Shown: positions 50,749 to 59,328 of the stretch, piece after piece
Position numbering within the stretch: the first letter of the stretch is position 1
How the letters are laid out: every line of letters begins with the position of its first letter
Assembly: GCA_963808235.1 (NCBI GenBank)
Contig: CAWEEQ010000004.1
Location: 1-64,000, forward strand
Direction of reading: 5' to 3'
DNA: 64,000 bases
From: an uncultured delta proteobacterium
GTDB lineage: Bacteria > Desulfobacterota > Binatia > Binatales > Binataceae
Program-made: the position numbers and the translations under genes
The notes under the pieces: generated by a model
The model's database searches: none
Seen by the model: the letters and a program-made list of their open reading frames with translations, nothing else
What the model was told of the DNA's origin: nothing

Positions 50749-51177
50749 TCAAGTTCGCGGCGGCACGTATGCGAACTCAAACTTCAGCCCGTCAGGATCG
50801 GTGAAATAAACTGCGAAGTATCCCGGCGCGTATGGATATTCCGCGGGCGCGTCGAGTACTGTCGCTCCCATTTCTTTCAAGAGCGCATACATCTTCTCAA
50901 TGTCCGATCGATCCTCGGCACTGAATGCTATGTGATTGGATCCGGGCGCATTTCGATCGTGCACGCGATGCGCAAACTCGCCCTTCGACGGCCGGATCGA
51001 TATCGAGTAACCCGGTCCGACCCACGCCACGAGGCGCGTCTTCATCGCATCCTGAGTCGATTCCGGAACTTCGACGCGTTTGAAGCCGATGAATCCGAAC
51101 ACTCGGTCGTAAAATGCTGTCGAGCGCTCCAGGTCGCTAACCGCGAGCGCAATATGACTGATATTTCCGCGAGCCAT
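50749..51177 (-). CDS. VOC/glyoxalase family protein
   Basis: ISHIALAVSDLERS, NHIAF, YFAVYFTDPDGLKFE. Confidence 0.9.
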   Translation of the reverse strand: MARGNISHIALAVSDLERSTAFYDRVFGFIGFKRVEVPESTQDAMKTRLVAWVGPGYSISIRPSKGEFAHRVHDRNAPGSNHIAFSAEDRSDIEKMYALLKEMGATVLDAPAEYPYAPGYFAVYFTDPDGLKFEFAYVPPRT

Positions 51178-51194
51178 GGCTGTATCCTCCTGAA

Positions 51195-51941
51195 CTATTG
51201 CGCAGTCTTACCGCCATCAACGGCGAATGACGCGCCAGTGATGAAGGGCGCCTTGTCCGAGGCGAGAAACACGATTGTCTCGGCGATTTCTTCGGGCGTC
51301 CCTACGCGCTTGAGCGGCACTCCCGCGACCAGGCCGGCCTTTCTTTCCTCGTTACCGGTGAACCGGTTCAGCATCCCGGTCTCGATCGGCCCCGGCGCGA
51401 CCACATTGACGCGCACTCCGAACGCCGCGGCCTCGAGCGCTGCCGACTTCGTCAAGCCTTCAACCGCGTGCTTGCTCGCCACGTAGACTGACGCGCCCGC
51501 GGTGCCAATCCGTCCGTAGGTCGACGATACATTGACGATGCTGCCGTGACCCTGCGCCTGCATCACGCGCAGCTCATGCTTCATGCTCAGCAATGTGCCA
51601 AGGACGTTGGTGTCGAAAGTCGCCGCGTAGCTCTCGGCAGTCTGCTCCGTAACTGGACCGGGCTTGCCTTCGGTGCCGGCGTTGTTGACGGCCACATCGA
51701 GGCGCCCGAAGCGCGCGACAGTCTTATCGACCAGCGCGCGCACGTCGTCTTCGTGACGCACGTCAGTCCGCCAATATTCCGCTTCCGCGCCAAGACCGCG
51801 CAGTTCGGCGAGCAACTTTTGGCCGGCGTCGTCGCGTCGACCCGCGACCACGATGCGCGCGCCATCTTTCGCGAATGCCATCGCAGTGGCTTGTCCAATG
51901 CCCGTGAGGGCGCCAGTGATCAAAACAACGGGGGTATCCAT
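51195..51941 (-). CDS. SDR family oxidoreductase
   Basis: TGALTGIG, NNAG, YVASKHAVEG; GGAG RBS. Confidence 0.92.
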   Translation of the reverse strand: MDTPVVLITGALTGIGQATAMAFAKDGARIVVAGRRDDAGQKLLAELRGLGAEAEYWRTDVRHEDDVRALVDKTVARFGRLDVAVNNAGTEGKPGPVTEQTAESYAATFDTNVLGTLLSMKHELRVMQAQGHGSIVNVSSTYGRIGTAGASVYVASKHAVEGLTKSAALEAAAFGVRVNVVAPGPIETGMLNRFTGNEERKAGLVAGVPLKRVGTPEEIAETIVFLASDKAPFITGASFAVDGGKTAQ

Positions 51942-52000
51942 AGTGAACTCCGTAGAGCGCAATTTATGGTCAGTTTGCGGCTGACCCGTTTAAAAGTTTA

Positions 52001-52029
52001 AATATGGACGTACGTATTATTTCAGTCAA
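52001..52029 (-). promoter_or_regulatory. Sigma70 promoter of the SDR cluster with TetR operator
   Basis: Minus strand TTGACT-N17-CATATT; operator AATATGgACGTaCGTATT. Confidence 0.72.
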
Positions 52030-52329
52030 GCATCTCTCTTCACGCGGCAAAGCGTGCTTTCGGGCAGCTTCACCACACATCGAGCTGAGTCTCCAATTCC
52101 GCGGCGCTCGAGTTGCTTCGCAAATCGCAACTGACTTGGCCGTTCGCGAATTGGTCACACTTGTTTTCAAGAGGGTTATTCATTTTTCCGCCGCTTACTG
52201 CTTGTATATACAAGAGCCGGGCCAAAAAACTCAGAGAAAAAAGCTCAGCGATAATAGAAGAGTGACAGAGACGAGAAAGAAAGAGCGAAGGGCAGAGCGC
52301 GGACGACCGAGGAAAGACTTCTTCGCCCA

Positions 52330-52357
52330 GTTAAAAGTTAAAAGTTAAAAGTTAAAA
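52330..52357. repeat. Heptamer tandem repeat (GTTAAAA)x4 directly after the dapB stop
   Basis: Read directly; AT-rich in a GC-rich context. Confidence 0.9.
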
Positions 52358-52358
52358 G

Positions 52359-53156
52359 CTAGATTCCCAGCACGTCGCGCATCGTGTACAGCCCGGGCTT
52401 GCGTCCGACGATCCATACCGCCGCGCGGAGCGCGCCGCGTGCGAGCGAGTCGCGGCTCTGCGCGCGATGTATCAGCTCGAGCCGCTCGCCTTGTCCGCCA
52501 AATATCACCGTGTGATCGCCGACCGCGTCGCCCGCGCGAATCGCGAGCACCGCGATCTTGCCGTCCGGCCTGACCCCCGTGATTCCTTCGCGTCCGTGCA
52601 CCACGTTCGAGGCGAAATCTACTCCGCGCGCCGCCGCGATCGCTTTGCCAAGCGAAATCGCGGTGCCGCTCGGCGCGTCGATCTTGGTCCGATGATGGAT
52701 CTCGATCACTTCGGCATCGAAGTCGGGCAGAATCGCCGCGACCTCCGCGACGATCTTCGCGAGCACGTTCACGCCAATACTCATGTTAGGCGCGATCACA
52801 GTCCGCGTCTTGCCCGCGAGAGCGCGCGCGCGAGCTTCCATCTCCGGCGTGAATCCCGTCGATCCGATAACGATCGCCGCTCCCGCTTTCGACGCCACCT
52901 CGAGATGCTCCATCGAAGCGACTGCGGTCGTGAAGTCCAAAGTGACGGTGTCCGGCCGCGCGAGCCCCGCGTAGTCCTCGGAGATTTTCACTCCGATCGA
53001 GCCAACGCCCGCAAGTTCCCCGGCATCGGATCCAATCGCAGAATTGCCGCGCGCTTCGAGCGCACCGACAATCTTGTGCGCCGGATCGCGCCCCGCCAGC
53101 GCGATCAACAGCCGTCCCATCCGGCCCGCCGCACCCGCCACAATTAAGTTAGCCAT
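52359..53156 (-). CDS. dapB: 4-hydroxy-tetrahydrodipicolinate reductase
   Basis: GAAGRMG, DFT, GSTG, APNMSIGVN, EIHHRTKIDAPSGTA, RAGDAVGDH. Confidence 0.96.
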   Translation of the reverse strand: MANLIVAGAAGRMGRLLIALAGRDPAHKIVGALEARGNSAIGSDAGELAGVGSIGVKISEDYAGLARPDTVTLDFTTAVASMEHLEVASKAGAAIVIGSTGFTPEMEARARALAGKTRTVIAPNMSIGVNVLAKIVAEVAAILPDFDAEVIEIHHRTKIDAPSGTAISLGKAIAAARGVDFASNVVHGREGITGVRPDGKIAVLAIRAGDAVGDHTVIFGGQGERLELIHRAQSRDSLARGALRAAVWIVGRKPGLYTMRDVLGI

Positions 53157-53212
53157 CGGAATTCATTTGCCCGCGCATATTCGCGGACGGTGACGTCGAC
53201 TGGTCGCGACTA

Positions 53213-53494
53213 TCAGGATGCGGGAGGCGCGGCAGGAGTCTCAGCCGCGGCGGCTTCAGGTGCGGCACCCGCAGACGCGCCGGCGCCCGCCTTGCCGTGC
53301 TTCGCCTTGAAATGTTCTTCGCACAGGCTGCTCGTGCCCGAGCGTATCTTGTGACACTTCTCGAAAGTGCACGTCTTGTACCGAGGCTTGGGCATCTCGC
53401 CCGCTTTCCAGAGCCGAAAATGCATCCGGCAATAGCCTTTGCCGACGGCCTCGCGGCTGCAATCTTTATGTTTGCAATTTCCTTTGTTCGCCAT
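53213..53494 (-). CDS. Small basic protein with two C-x4-C-x9/10-C-x2-H motifs
   Basis: CKHKDC...KGYCRMH and CTFEKC...SLCEEH; AAGGGA RBS; Ala/Pro tail. Confidence 0.75.
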   Translation of the reverse strand: MANKGNCKHKDCSREAVGKGYCRMHFRLWKAGEMPKPRYKTCTFEKCHKIRSGTSSLCEEHFKAKHGKAGAGASAGAAPEAAAAETPAAPPAS

Positions 53495-53574
53495 GAATCC
53501 CTTCTTGGAGGCCGCAACCCGTGCGCCTCAATCGAACTACAATAGTGTTTGCCGTCCGCGCTTCATAGAGGTGA

Positions 53575-54216
53575 CTATGCGATCGAAACCGACCGCAACA
53601 CGCCGTAGAGAGGTCCAAGCTCGCCGAATGCGTCGAGCACTTCATTCACGTCGAGCCGGATTGCCTCGCGCCACGGCCATCCGAAGCCGACGTCGATCGC
53701 GCCGCTTTTACTCTCGAGTGCCGTGCCGAGTGCGACGAACAGCTCCGCGTTGGCGGGAACCGGCCTTGGGATATTGATACAGTCCCATTTTTCGTAGCGC
53801 TGAATCCTGGTGCCGCGAAACGATTTTTCCAGCGCACTCGACTTCGACTTCAGCATCCGCCCCATCTCGGCCCGTCCGTCGGCCTCGGTCCTTACGATCG
53901 CGCGCGCATGAATTCCCGCGCCCGAGATACATAGCGCGAGATATCCATAACCCTTGTACCCGTTCGCCGAGGGCCCCCACGCGGTCCAGCTCTCTGCCGG
54001 AAGATTTATCGCGCGCCGATTTGCCGTCGGCCGCGGATGCTTTGCGAGATGCGGAAAAAACTCCATCTGCAGTCTTCGCGATAGCTCCGGCGCCAGCTCA
54101 CCTCCGAGCCGCACCAGCCGCGGCCTGATGCGCTCATATATTTTTTCCATCCGCGCGCTGAAACTGTCGATCGAAAACACTTCGAAGTCTGCGCGCGAAA
54201 AACCAAGCGTCGCCAT
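53575..54216 (-). CDS. DUF1054 (YktB-like) protein
   Basis: GFSRADFEVF...RME.I..RIRPRL...HLAKH...ESW.A.G...GYK. Confidence 0.75.
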   Translation of the reverse strand: MATLGFSRADFEVFSIDSFSARMEKIYERIRPRLVRLGGELAPELSRRLQMEFFPHLAKHPRPTANRRAINLPAESWTAWGPSANGYKGYGYLALCISGAGIHARAIVRTEADGRAEMGRMLKSKSSALEKSFRGTRIQRYEKWDCINIPRPVPANAELFVALGTALESKSGAIDVGFGWPWREAIRLDVNEVLDAFGELGPLYGVLRSVSIA

Positions 54217-54222
54217 CAGTCC

Positions 54223-54672
54223 TCATTTCTCGATTGAGCTGCGCTCGAACGACGGCTTGCGTCCCGCCATCGCCTTTTCCCAGTCGCGTCCGTCAAAATG
54301 TTCGAGCTCGAGCTTGCCCACGTTCACGTGTTCGAGGCATCGCACATTGACGTCGATGCCGTCGGGGTCTGAGCGCGGAATATAAAACGATGCGACCCCG
54401 CAATTTGGGCAGAACAGATGCTTGGCGACTTTCGTGTTGAACGCGTAGGCCGCGATATTATCCGACGGCGTTATCAGCCGGAACGCGCTGCGCGGCACGA
54501 TCCAGTGTAGGTATCCTTTCTTCGTGCAGATCGAGCAGTTGCATTCCGAGACGCGCTCGAGCGTGCCCTTCACCTCGAAGCGAATCCGCCCACAATGGCA
54601 TCCGCCGCGATAGGTCTTTTGATAACGATCCTTTTGATCGCGACTAGCTTCTGCAGTCTGTTTTTTCTTCAT
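54223..54672 (-). CDS. GFA/CENP-V family protein
   Basis: GGCHCG, CNCSIC, FCPNCG, PRSDPDG..VNVRCL. Confidence 0.9.
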   Translation of the reverse strand: MKKKQTAEASRDQKDRYQKTYRGGCHCGRIRFEVKGTLERVSECNCSICTKKGYLHWIVPRSAFRLITPSDNIAAYAFNTKVAKHLFCPNCGVASFYIPRSDPDGIDVNVRCLEHVNVGKLELEHFDGRDWEKAMAGRKPSFERSSIEK

Positions 54673-54770
54673 TGCTAGTGGTTTTAGCCCAATGCGGGCC
54701 GCGAATAAATGAAAAGTCGCACCGTCGATTTGTTGCTGCCACCCGTGCATCGGCGTGTTAGGATCGGGTG

Positions 54771-55751
54771 ATGGCCGCCGCAGCCGAATCTTTTTCCGCA
54801 CCGCACTTCGCCGCGACCCTCACGCGCCACGGCATCGACGCGCTCAGCCGCAAGTCTGTCGCCACGCTTCAGGTCAACGTCGGCAAGCTATGCAACCAGG
54901 CCTGCCATCACTGCCATGTCGATGCGGGCCCGCGCCGGACCGAGCGCATGACGCGCGCGACCGCGGATCGCGTGATCGAAATTCTCGCCGCGAGTCCCGC
55001 GGTCAGCACTCTCGACATCACCGGCGGCGCACCTGAGCTGAATCCGAACTTCGCGATGCTTGTCGAGCGTGCCCGCGAACTCGGCCGCACCGTGATCGTT
55101 CGATGCAACCTTACCGTGACCCTGGAACCCGGGATGGAATGGCTCGTCGATTTTTATCGACGTTCGCGCGTCGAGCTCGTCTGCTCGCTGCCTTGCTACA
55201 CCGCTGAGAATGTCGATCAACAGCGCGGCGCCGGTGTCTTCGACAAGAGCATCGTCGCGATGCGCCGTCTGAACGCGGCCGGATTCGGGCGCGGCGCGAT
55301 GCGCCTCGATCTGGTCTACAACCCAATCGGCCCGTCGTTACCGCCGCCGCAAGCGGAACTGGAAGCCCGCTTTCGCGACGAACTCGAGCGCAACTTCGGC
55401 GTCGTCTTCGATCGCCTGCTTACCATCACCAACATGCCGATCGCGCGCTTCGCGAATCAGCTCGCCTCGACCGGCAATCACGCGAGCTACATGAGCCTGC
55501 TGGTGAATCATTTCAATCCGGCGACGGTGGACGCGCTGATGTGCCGCAGCCTCGTCAGCGTCGGATACGACGGACGCCTCTACGATTGCGATTTCAACCA
55601 GATGCTGGAAATCCCGCTTGGCAGTCGCGCCCGAACCATCTGGGACATCGACGACGTAGCGACCCTCGCAAACGAACCAATAGCAACCGCCTCGCACTGC
55701 TTCGGATGCACCGCCGGCGCCGGCTCGAGCTGCGGCGGCGCAATCGCCTGA
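54771..55751 (+). CDS. arsS: ArsS-family radical SAM protein (DUF3641 C-terminus)
   Basis: LQVNVGKLCNQACHHCH, DITGGAPE, SLPCY, NMPIARF, YDCDFNQM, HCFGCTAGAGSSCGG. Confidence 0.85.
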   Translation: MAAAAESFSAPHFAATLTRHGIDALSRKSVATLQVNVGKLCNQACHHCHVDAGPRRTERMTRATADRVIEILAASPAVSTLDITGGAPELNPNFAMLVERARELGRTVIVRCNLTVTLEPGMEWLVDFYRRSRVELVCSLPCYTAENVDQQRGAGVFDKSIVAMRRLNAAGFGRGAMRLDLVYNPIGPSLPPPQAELEARFRDELERNFGVVFDRLLTITNMPIARFANQLASTGNHASYMSLLVNHFNPATVDALMCRSLVSVGYDGRLYDCDFNQMLEIPLGSRARTIWDIDDVATLANEPIATASHCFGCTAGAGSSCGGAIA

Positions 55752-55766
55752 CCGCTCTTAAATCCT

Positions 55767-55795
55767 TAGTGGCACGGGCGTCCCTGCCCGTGATT
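55767..55795 (+). repeat. REP-like palindromic element, identical to 6833-6861
   Basis: TAGTGGCACGGGCGTCCCTGCCCGTGATT, 15 bp after the arsS-like stop. Confidence 0.8.
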
Positions 55796-55892
55796 GATTG
55801 AACCAGTGCCCCGAAATCAATTGGGTTTCCAGCCCGACCGTTTCGTATTATCTTTCTCCTGAATTAAACAACCTGCCGGAGAAGCAAAATTC

Positions 55893-57059
55893 ATGTCTGT
55901 GAAAGTGAAAATCGAGGGCATTTGCGATCCAAAATTTAATCGCGTCAAAGACGCGTTCACCGAAAATTTCGAAAAGCGAAACGAAGTCGGCGCAGCCGCC
56001 GCGGTCACTCTAGACGGCAAGCCGGTCGTCGACATATGGGCCGGGCACGCCGACAAGGCCGGGACCCGCCCATGGACCCGCGACCAACTCGTCAACGTCT
56101 ACTCGACCACCAAGGGCGTCACCGCGATCTGCGCCCATCGGCTCGTCGATCAGGGCAAGCTCGATCTCGACGCTCCAGTTGCGAAGTATTGGCCCGAGTT
56201 CGCGCACGCCGGCAAGGAAAAGATGCCGGTGCGCTTTCTGCTGAGTCATCGCGCCGGATTGCCTGCCGTGCGCAAGCCGCTCGACGACGACGCGCTCTTC
56301 AACTGGAACACGATGACCTCGGCGCTCGCCGAGCAGGAGCCATGGTGGGAGCCCGGCACTCGGCACGGCTATCACGCGGTCACGTTCGGATACCTGGTCG
56401 GTGAAGTGATTCGGCGAATCACCGGCAAGACGGTGGGCACATATTTTCGCGACGAGCTGGCCGGCCCGCTCGCGCTCGATTTCCACATCGGCCTCGACGC
56501 GAAGCACGACTCGCGCGTCGCGAGCCTGATCGCGGCGCCCGCGCCCGCGCCGGGCGAGCCGAATATTTTTGCCGAGGTCATGAAGGATCCGGAGTCGATG
56601 ATCGCGAAGGCCTTCATGAATCCACCCCTGATGGGCAAGCCGGGACTGGTCAATTCGCGCGAATGGCGCGGCGCGGAAATTCCCGCCGCCAACGGCCACG
56701 GCACCGCGATGTCTCTGGCGCGGCTATACGGCGCGCTCGCCCGCGGCGGCGAGCTCGACGGCGTTCGCGTGATGTCTCCGAAGGAGATCGCGCGATGCGC
56801 CGACGAGCAATCGATCGGCTCCGACGCGGTACTCTTCATCAACACTCGCTTCTCACTCGGCTTCATGATGTCGCAGCCGGGCGCCTCGCTCGGCCCCAAT
56901 CCAAAATCATTCGGCCATCCAGGCGCCGGCGGCTCACTAGGTTACGCCGACCCCGAAGCAAAAATCGGCTTCGGCTACACAATGAACAAAATGCAAACCA
57001 GCTTGCTAATCGATCCCCGCGCCACCGCGCTGATCGACGCAATCTACGCGTCGCTATAA
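55893..57059 (+). CDS. Beta-lactamase-fold serine hydrolase (family VIII esterase-like)
   Basis: SxxK (STTK), LLSHRAGL, WEPGTRHGYH, FGHPGAGG. Confidence 0.92.
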   Translation: MSVKVKIEGICDPKFNRVKDAFTENFEKRNEVGAAAAVTLDGKPVVDIWAGHADKAGTRPWTRDQLVNVYSTTKGVTAICAHRLVDQGKLDLDAPVAKYWPEFAHAGKEKMPVRFLLSHRAGLPAVRKPLDDDALFNWNTMTSALAEQEPWWEPGTRHGYHAVTFGYLVGEVIRRITGKTVGTYFRDELAGPLALDFHIGLDAKHDSRVASLIAAPAPAPGEPNIFAEVMKDPESMIAKAFMNPPLMGKPGLVNSREWRGAEIPAANGHGTAMSLARLYGALARGGELDGVRVMSPKEIARCADEQSIGSDAVLFINTRFSLGFMMSQPGASLGPNPKSFGHPGAGGSLGYADPEAKIGFGYTMNKMQTSLLIDPRATALIDAIYASL

Positions 57060-57061
57060 AT

Positions 57062-57248
57062 GCAAATCACCTGCGCGGTGGGCGCAACGGGTGACCCCTT
57101 GACCCAGTGAAAAGTGAACCAGACGAAAATCTGCGCAGCGCATATTTTCGGAAGATTAATCTTTCAGACAAACCGAGAGCAAAAGACCGTCCGCGGGCTT
57201 TTGCGCTTGAGTTTTGCAATGGACCCCGGGTGCAGGGGTCACCCCTGC
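57062..57248. mobile_element. REPIN/MITE-like structured element (copy A, one end variant)
   Basis: Inverted near-copy of 59119-59324; begins 2 nt after a stop codon. Confidence 0.7.
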
Positions 57249-57480
57249 CGCCAGCCGCGTAGGCGAGACTAAGATTCCTACGTTCCCGCACTCCCGCGCC
57301 GTGAAACTCCCCGCCACCTGATTCGTACTACCACCTGAGCGCCGCGGGCTGCCGCGCGGCCAGTTGCAGATTGCACGATGTCTTTTTACAAAATCTTTGC
57401 CGAGTTGTGGTGAGGCGCACAGTTTCTTCCAGCCTTTCACAGACGCGAATTATCGATCGCGCGTCTGAAGGAAAGCGGAA

Positions 57481-59112
57481 ATGAAAAAACGCGACGCCTG
57501 GATGGCGGCGGTGGGCGGGTTCGTTTTCCTGATCGTCCTGGCGCTCGCAGTCGCTGCGATCCTTTGGAAGAGAGGCGGTCAGCTAACCGTAGATCTGAGG
57601 CACGGATTCTCGTTTCATCGCAACCGCGATGCGTCCGTGAGCGTCTTCGGCCGACTCAAGAGCGCCTCATTCGGCGACCAGCTAGGCGGTCCGCAAGTGC
57701 TGCCGGCCGAGCACCCCGTCCCGCCCGGTAGTCCCAATATCGTTTTCATCTTGACCGACGATCTGTCCGCAAACCTGCTCCGGTTCATGCCCCACGTACT
57801 CGCGATGCAGCACGATGGCGTCAGCTTCGCCAATTCCTTCGTCACCGATTCGCTATGCTGCCCGTCGCGCGCGTCGATCTTCACCGGCGAGTTCCCGCAC
57901 GACACCGGCGTATTCCGCAACCTCGAGCCCGACGGCGGCTACCGCGTCTTCAACGCACTGGGCAACGAATCCCACACCTTTGCGGTTGCGCTCCAACGCG
58001 TCGGTTACAAGACCGCGATGCTCGGCAAATATTTGAACGGCTACCTCCCGAGCCAGAACGGCGCCGCGATAGGATGGAACGAATGGGATGTCGCCGGCAA
58101 AGCTTATGCCGAGTTCAACTACCTGATGAATCAAAACGGTAAGGTCGTCCACTACGGCGCCCAGCCCGCGGATTACTTGACCGATGTCCTCGCGCGCATC
58201 GCCGTGAAGTTCATCAGACAATCGGCGCGCACACCCTTCTTCATCGAGGTCGCGACCTTCGCCCCGCACAATCCTTATGTCCCGGCCCCGCGCGATTCGG
58301 GCGCGTTCCCGGGGCTGCACGCGCCGCGCACACCGGCCTTCGATGCGCCCCCGGATGCCAACGCGGCCAAGTGGCTTAGCGAGTTACCGCCGCTCTCGGA
58401 TGACGACATGGCGTCGATCGACCGCCACTTCCGCCAGCGCGCCCAATCGGTGCTCGCGATCGACAAGATGATTGGCGATATCCAGGCCGCGGTCGCCGCG
58501 ATCGGCCAGGAGAAAAACACCTACTTCGTGTTCAGCTCCGACAACAGCCTTCACATGGGCGAGCACCGCCTGATGCCGGGAAAAGAGACTGCCTTCGACA
58601 CTGATATCCACGTCCCCCTCATCGTCACCGGTCCTTCGGTAGCACCAGGGCGCACCCTGGATGAGATCGTCGAAAATACCGATCTCTGCCCGACCTTCGC
58701 CGAGCTTGCCGGTGCAGCTATCCCGGCCACCACCGACGGCCGCAGCCTGACCCCGCTTCTGCGCGGCGAACCCGTTGCCAAGTGGCGCACGATCGCACTG
58801 GTCGAGCACCACGGGCCGGGCGTCAGGGAGAACGAAGCCGGTGATCCGGACGCGCCCGAAAGCCGCAGCGGCAATCCGCCGAGCTACGAGGCGATCCGCA
58901 CGCTCAAGTCGCTCTACGTCGAATACGCCGACGGGTCGCACGAATATCACGACCGCGTACGCGATCCCGACGAGTTGCGAAATACGTTCTCATCGCTCTC
59001 GAAAACCGCCGTCAAGTCGCTCCACGCGCAAGTAGTCGCACTCCACGGATGCCACGGGGCGCAATCCTGCTGGCACGCCTCGCATCCCGCCCCCGTCCCG
59101 CCGCAAAGATAA
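57481..59112 (+). CDS. Cys-type formylglycine sulfatase (N-acetylglucosamine-6-sulfatase-like), N-terminal membrane anchor
   Basis: PNIVFILTDD, CCPSRASIFTG, GKYLNGY, APH, SSDN..HMGEH. Confidence 0.92.
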   Translation: MKKRDAWMAAVGGFVFLIVLALAVAAILWKRGGQLTVDLRHGFSFHRNRDASVSVFGRLKSASFGDQLGGPQVLPAEHPVPPGSPNIVFILTDDLSANLLRFMPHVLAMQHDGVSFANSFVTDSLCCPSRASIFTGEFPHDTGVFRNLEPDGGYRVFNALGNESHTFAVALQRVGYKTAMLGKYLNGYLPSQNGAAIGWNEWDVAGKAYAEFNYLMNQNGKVVHYGAQPADYLTDVLARIAVKFIRQSARTPFFIEVATFAPHNPYVPAPRDSGAFPGLHAPRTPAFDAPPDANAAKWLSELPPLSDDDMASIDRHFRQRAQSVLAIDKMIGDIQAAVAAIGQEKNTYFVFSSDNSLHMGEHRLMPGKETAFDTDIHVPLIVTGPSVAPGRTLDEIVENTDLCPTFAELAGAAIPATTDGRSLTPLLRGEPVAKWRTIALVEHHGPGVRENEAGDPDAPESRSGNPPSYEAIRTLKSLYVEYADGSHEYHDRVRDPDELRNTFSSLSKTAVKSLHAQVVALHGCHGAQSCWHASHPAPVPPQR

Positions 59113-59118
59113 ACCAGA

Positions 59119-59324
59119 AGCAAATCACCTGCGCGGTGAGCGCAAGGGGCTGACCCCTTGACCCAGTGTCCATTGCAAACTCCAGCGCAAAAGCCCGCAG
59201 ACGGTCTTTTGCTCTCGGCTTGTCTGAAAGATTAACCCTTCGAAAATATGCGCTGCGCAGATTTTCGTTCTGCTTCACTGGGTCAAGGGGTCACCCCTTG
59301 CGCCCACCGCGCAGGTGATTTGCT
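59119..59324. mobile_element. REPIN/MITE-like element with ~49-bp terminal inverted repeats (copy B)
   Basis: AGCAAATCACCTGCGCGGTG.GCGCAAGGGG(c)TGACCCCTTGACCCAGTG inverted at both ends; fills the gap between convergent stops. Confidence 0.78.
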
Positions 59325-59328
59325 CCGC

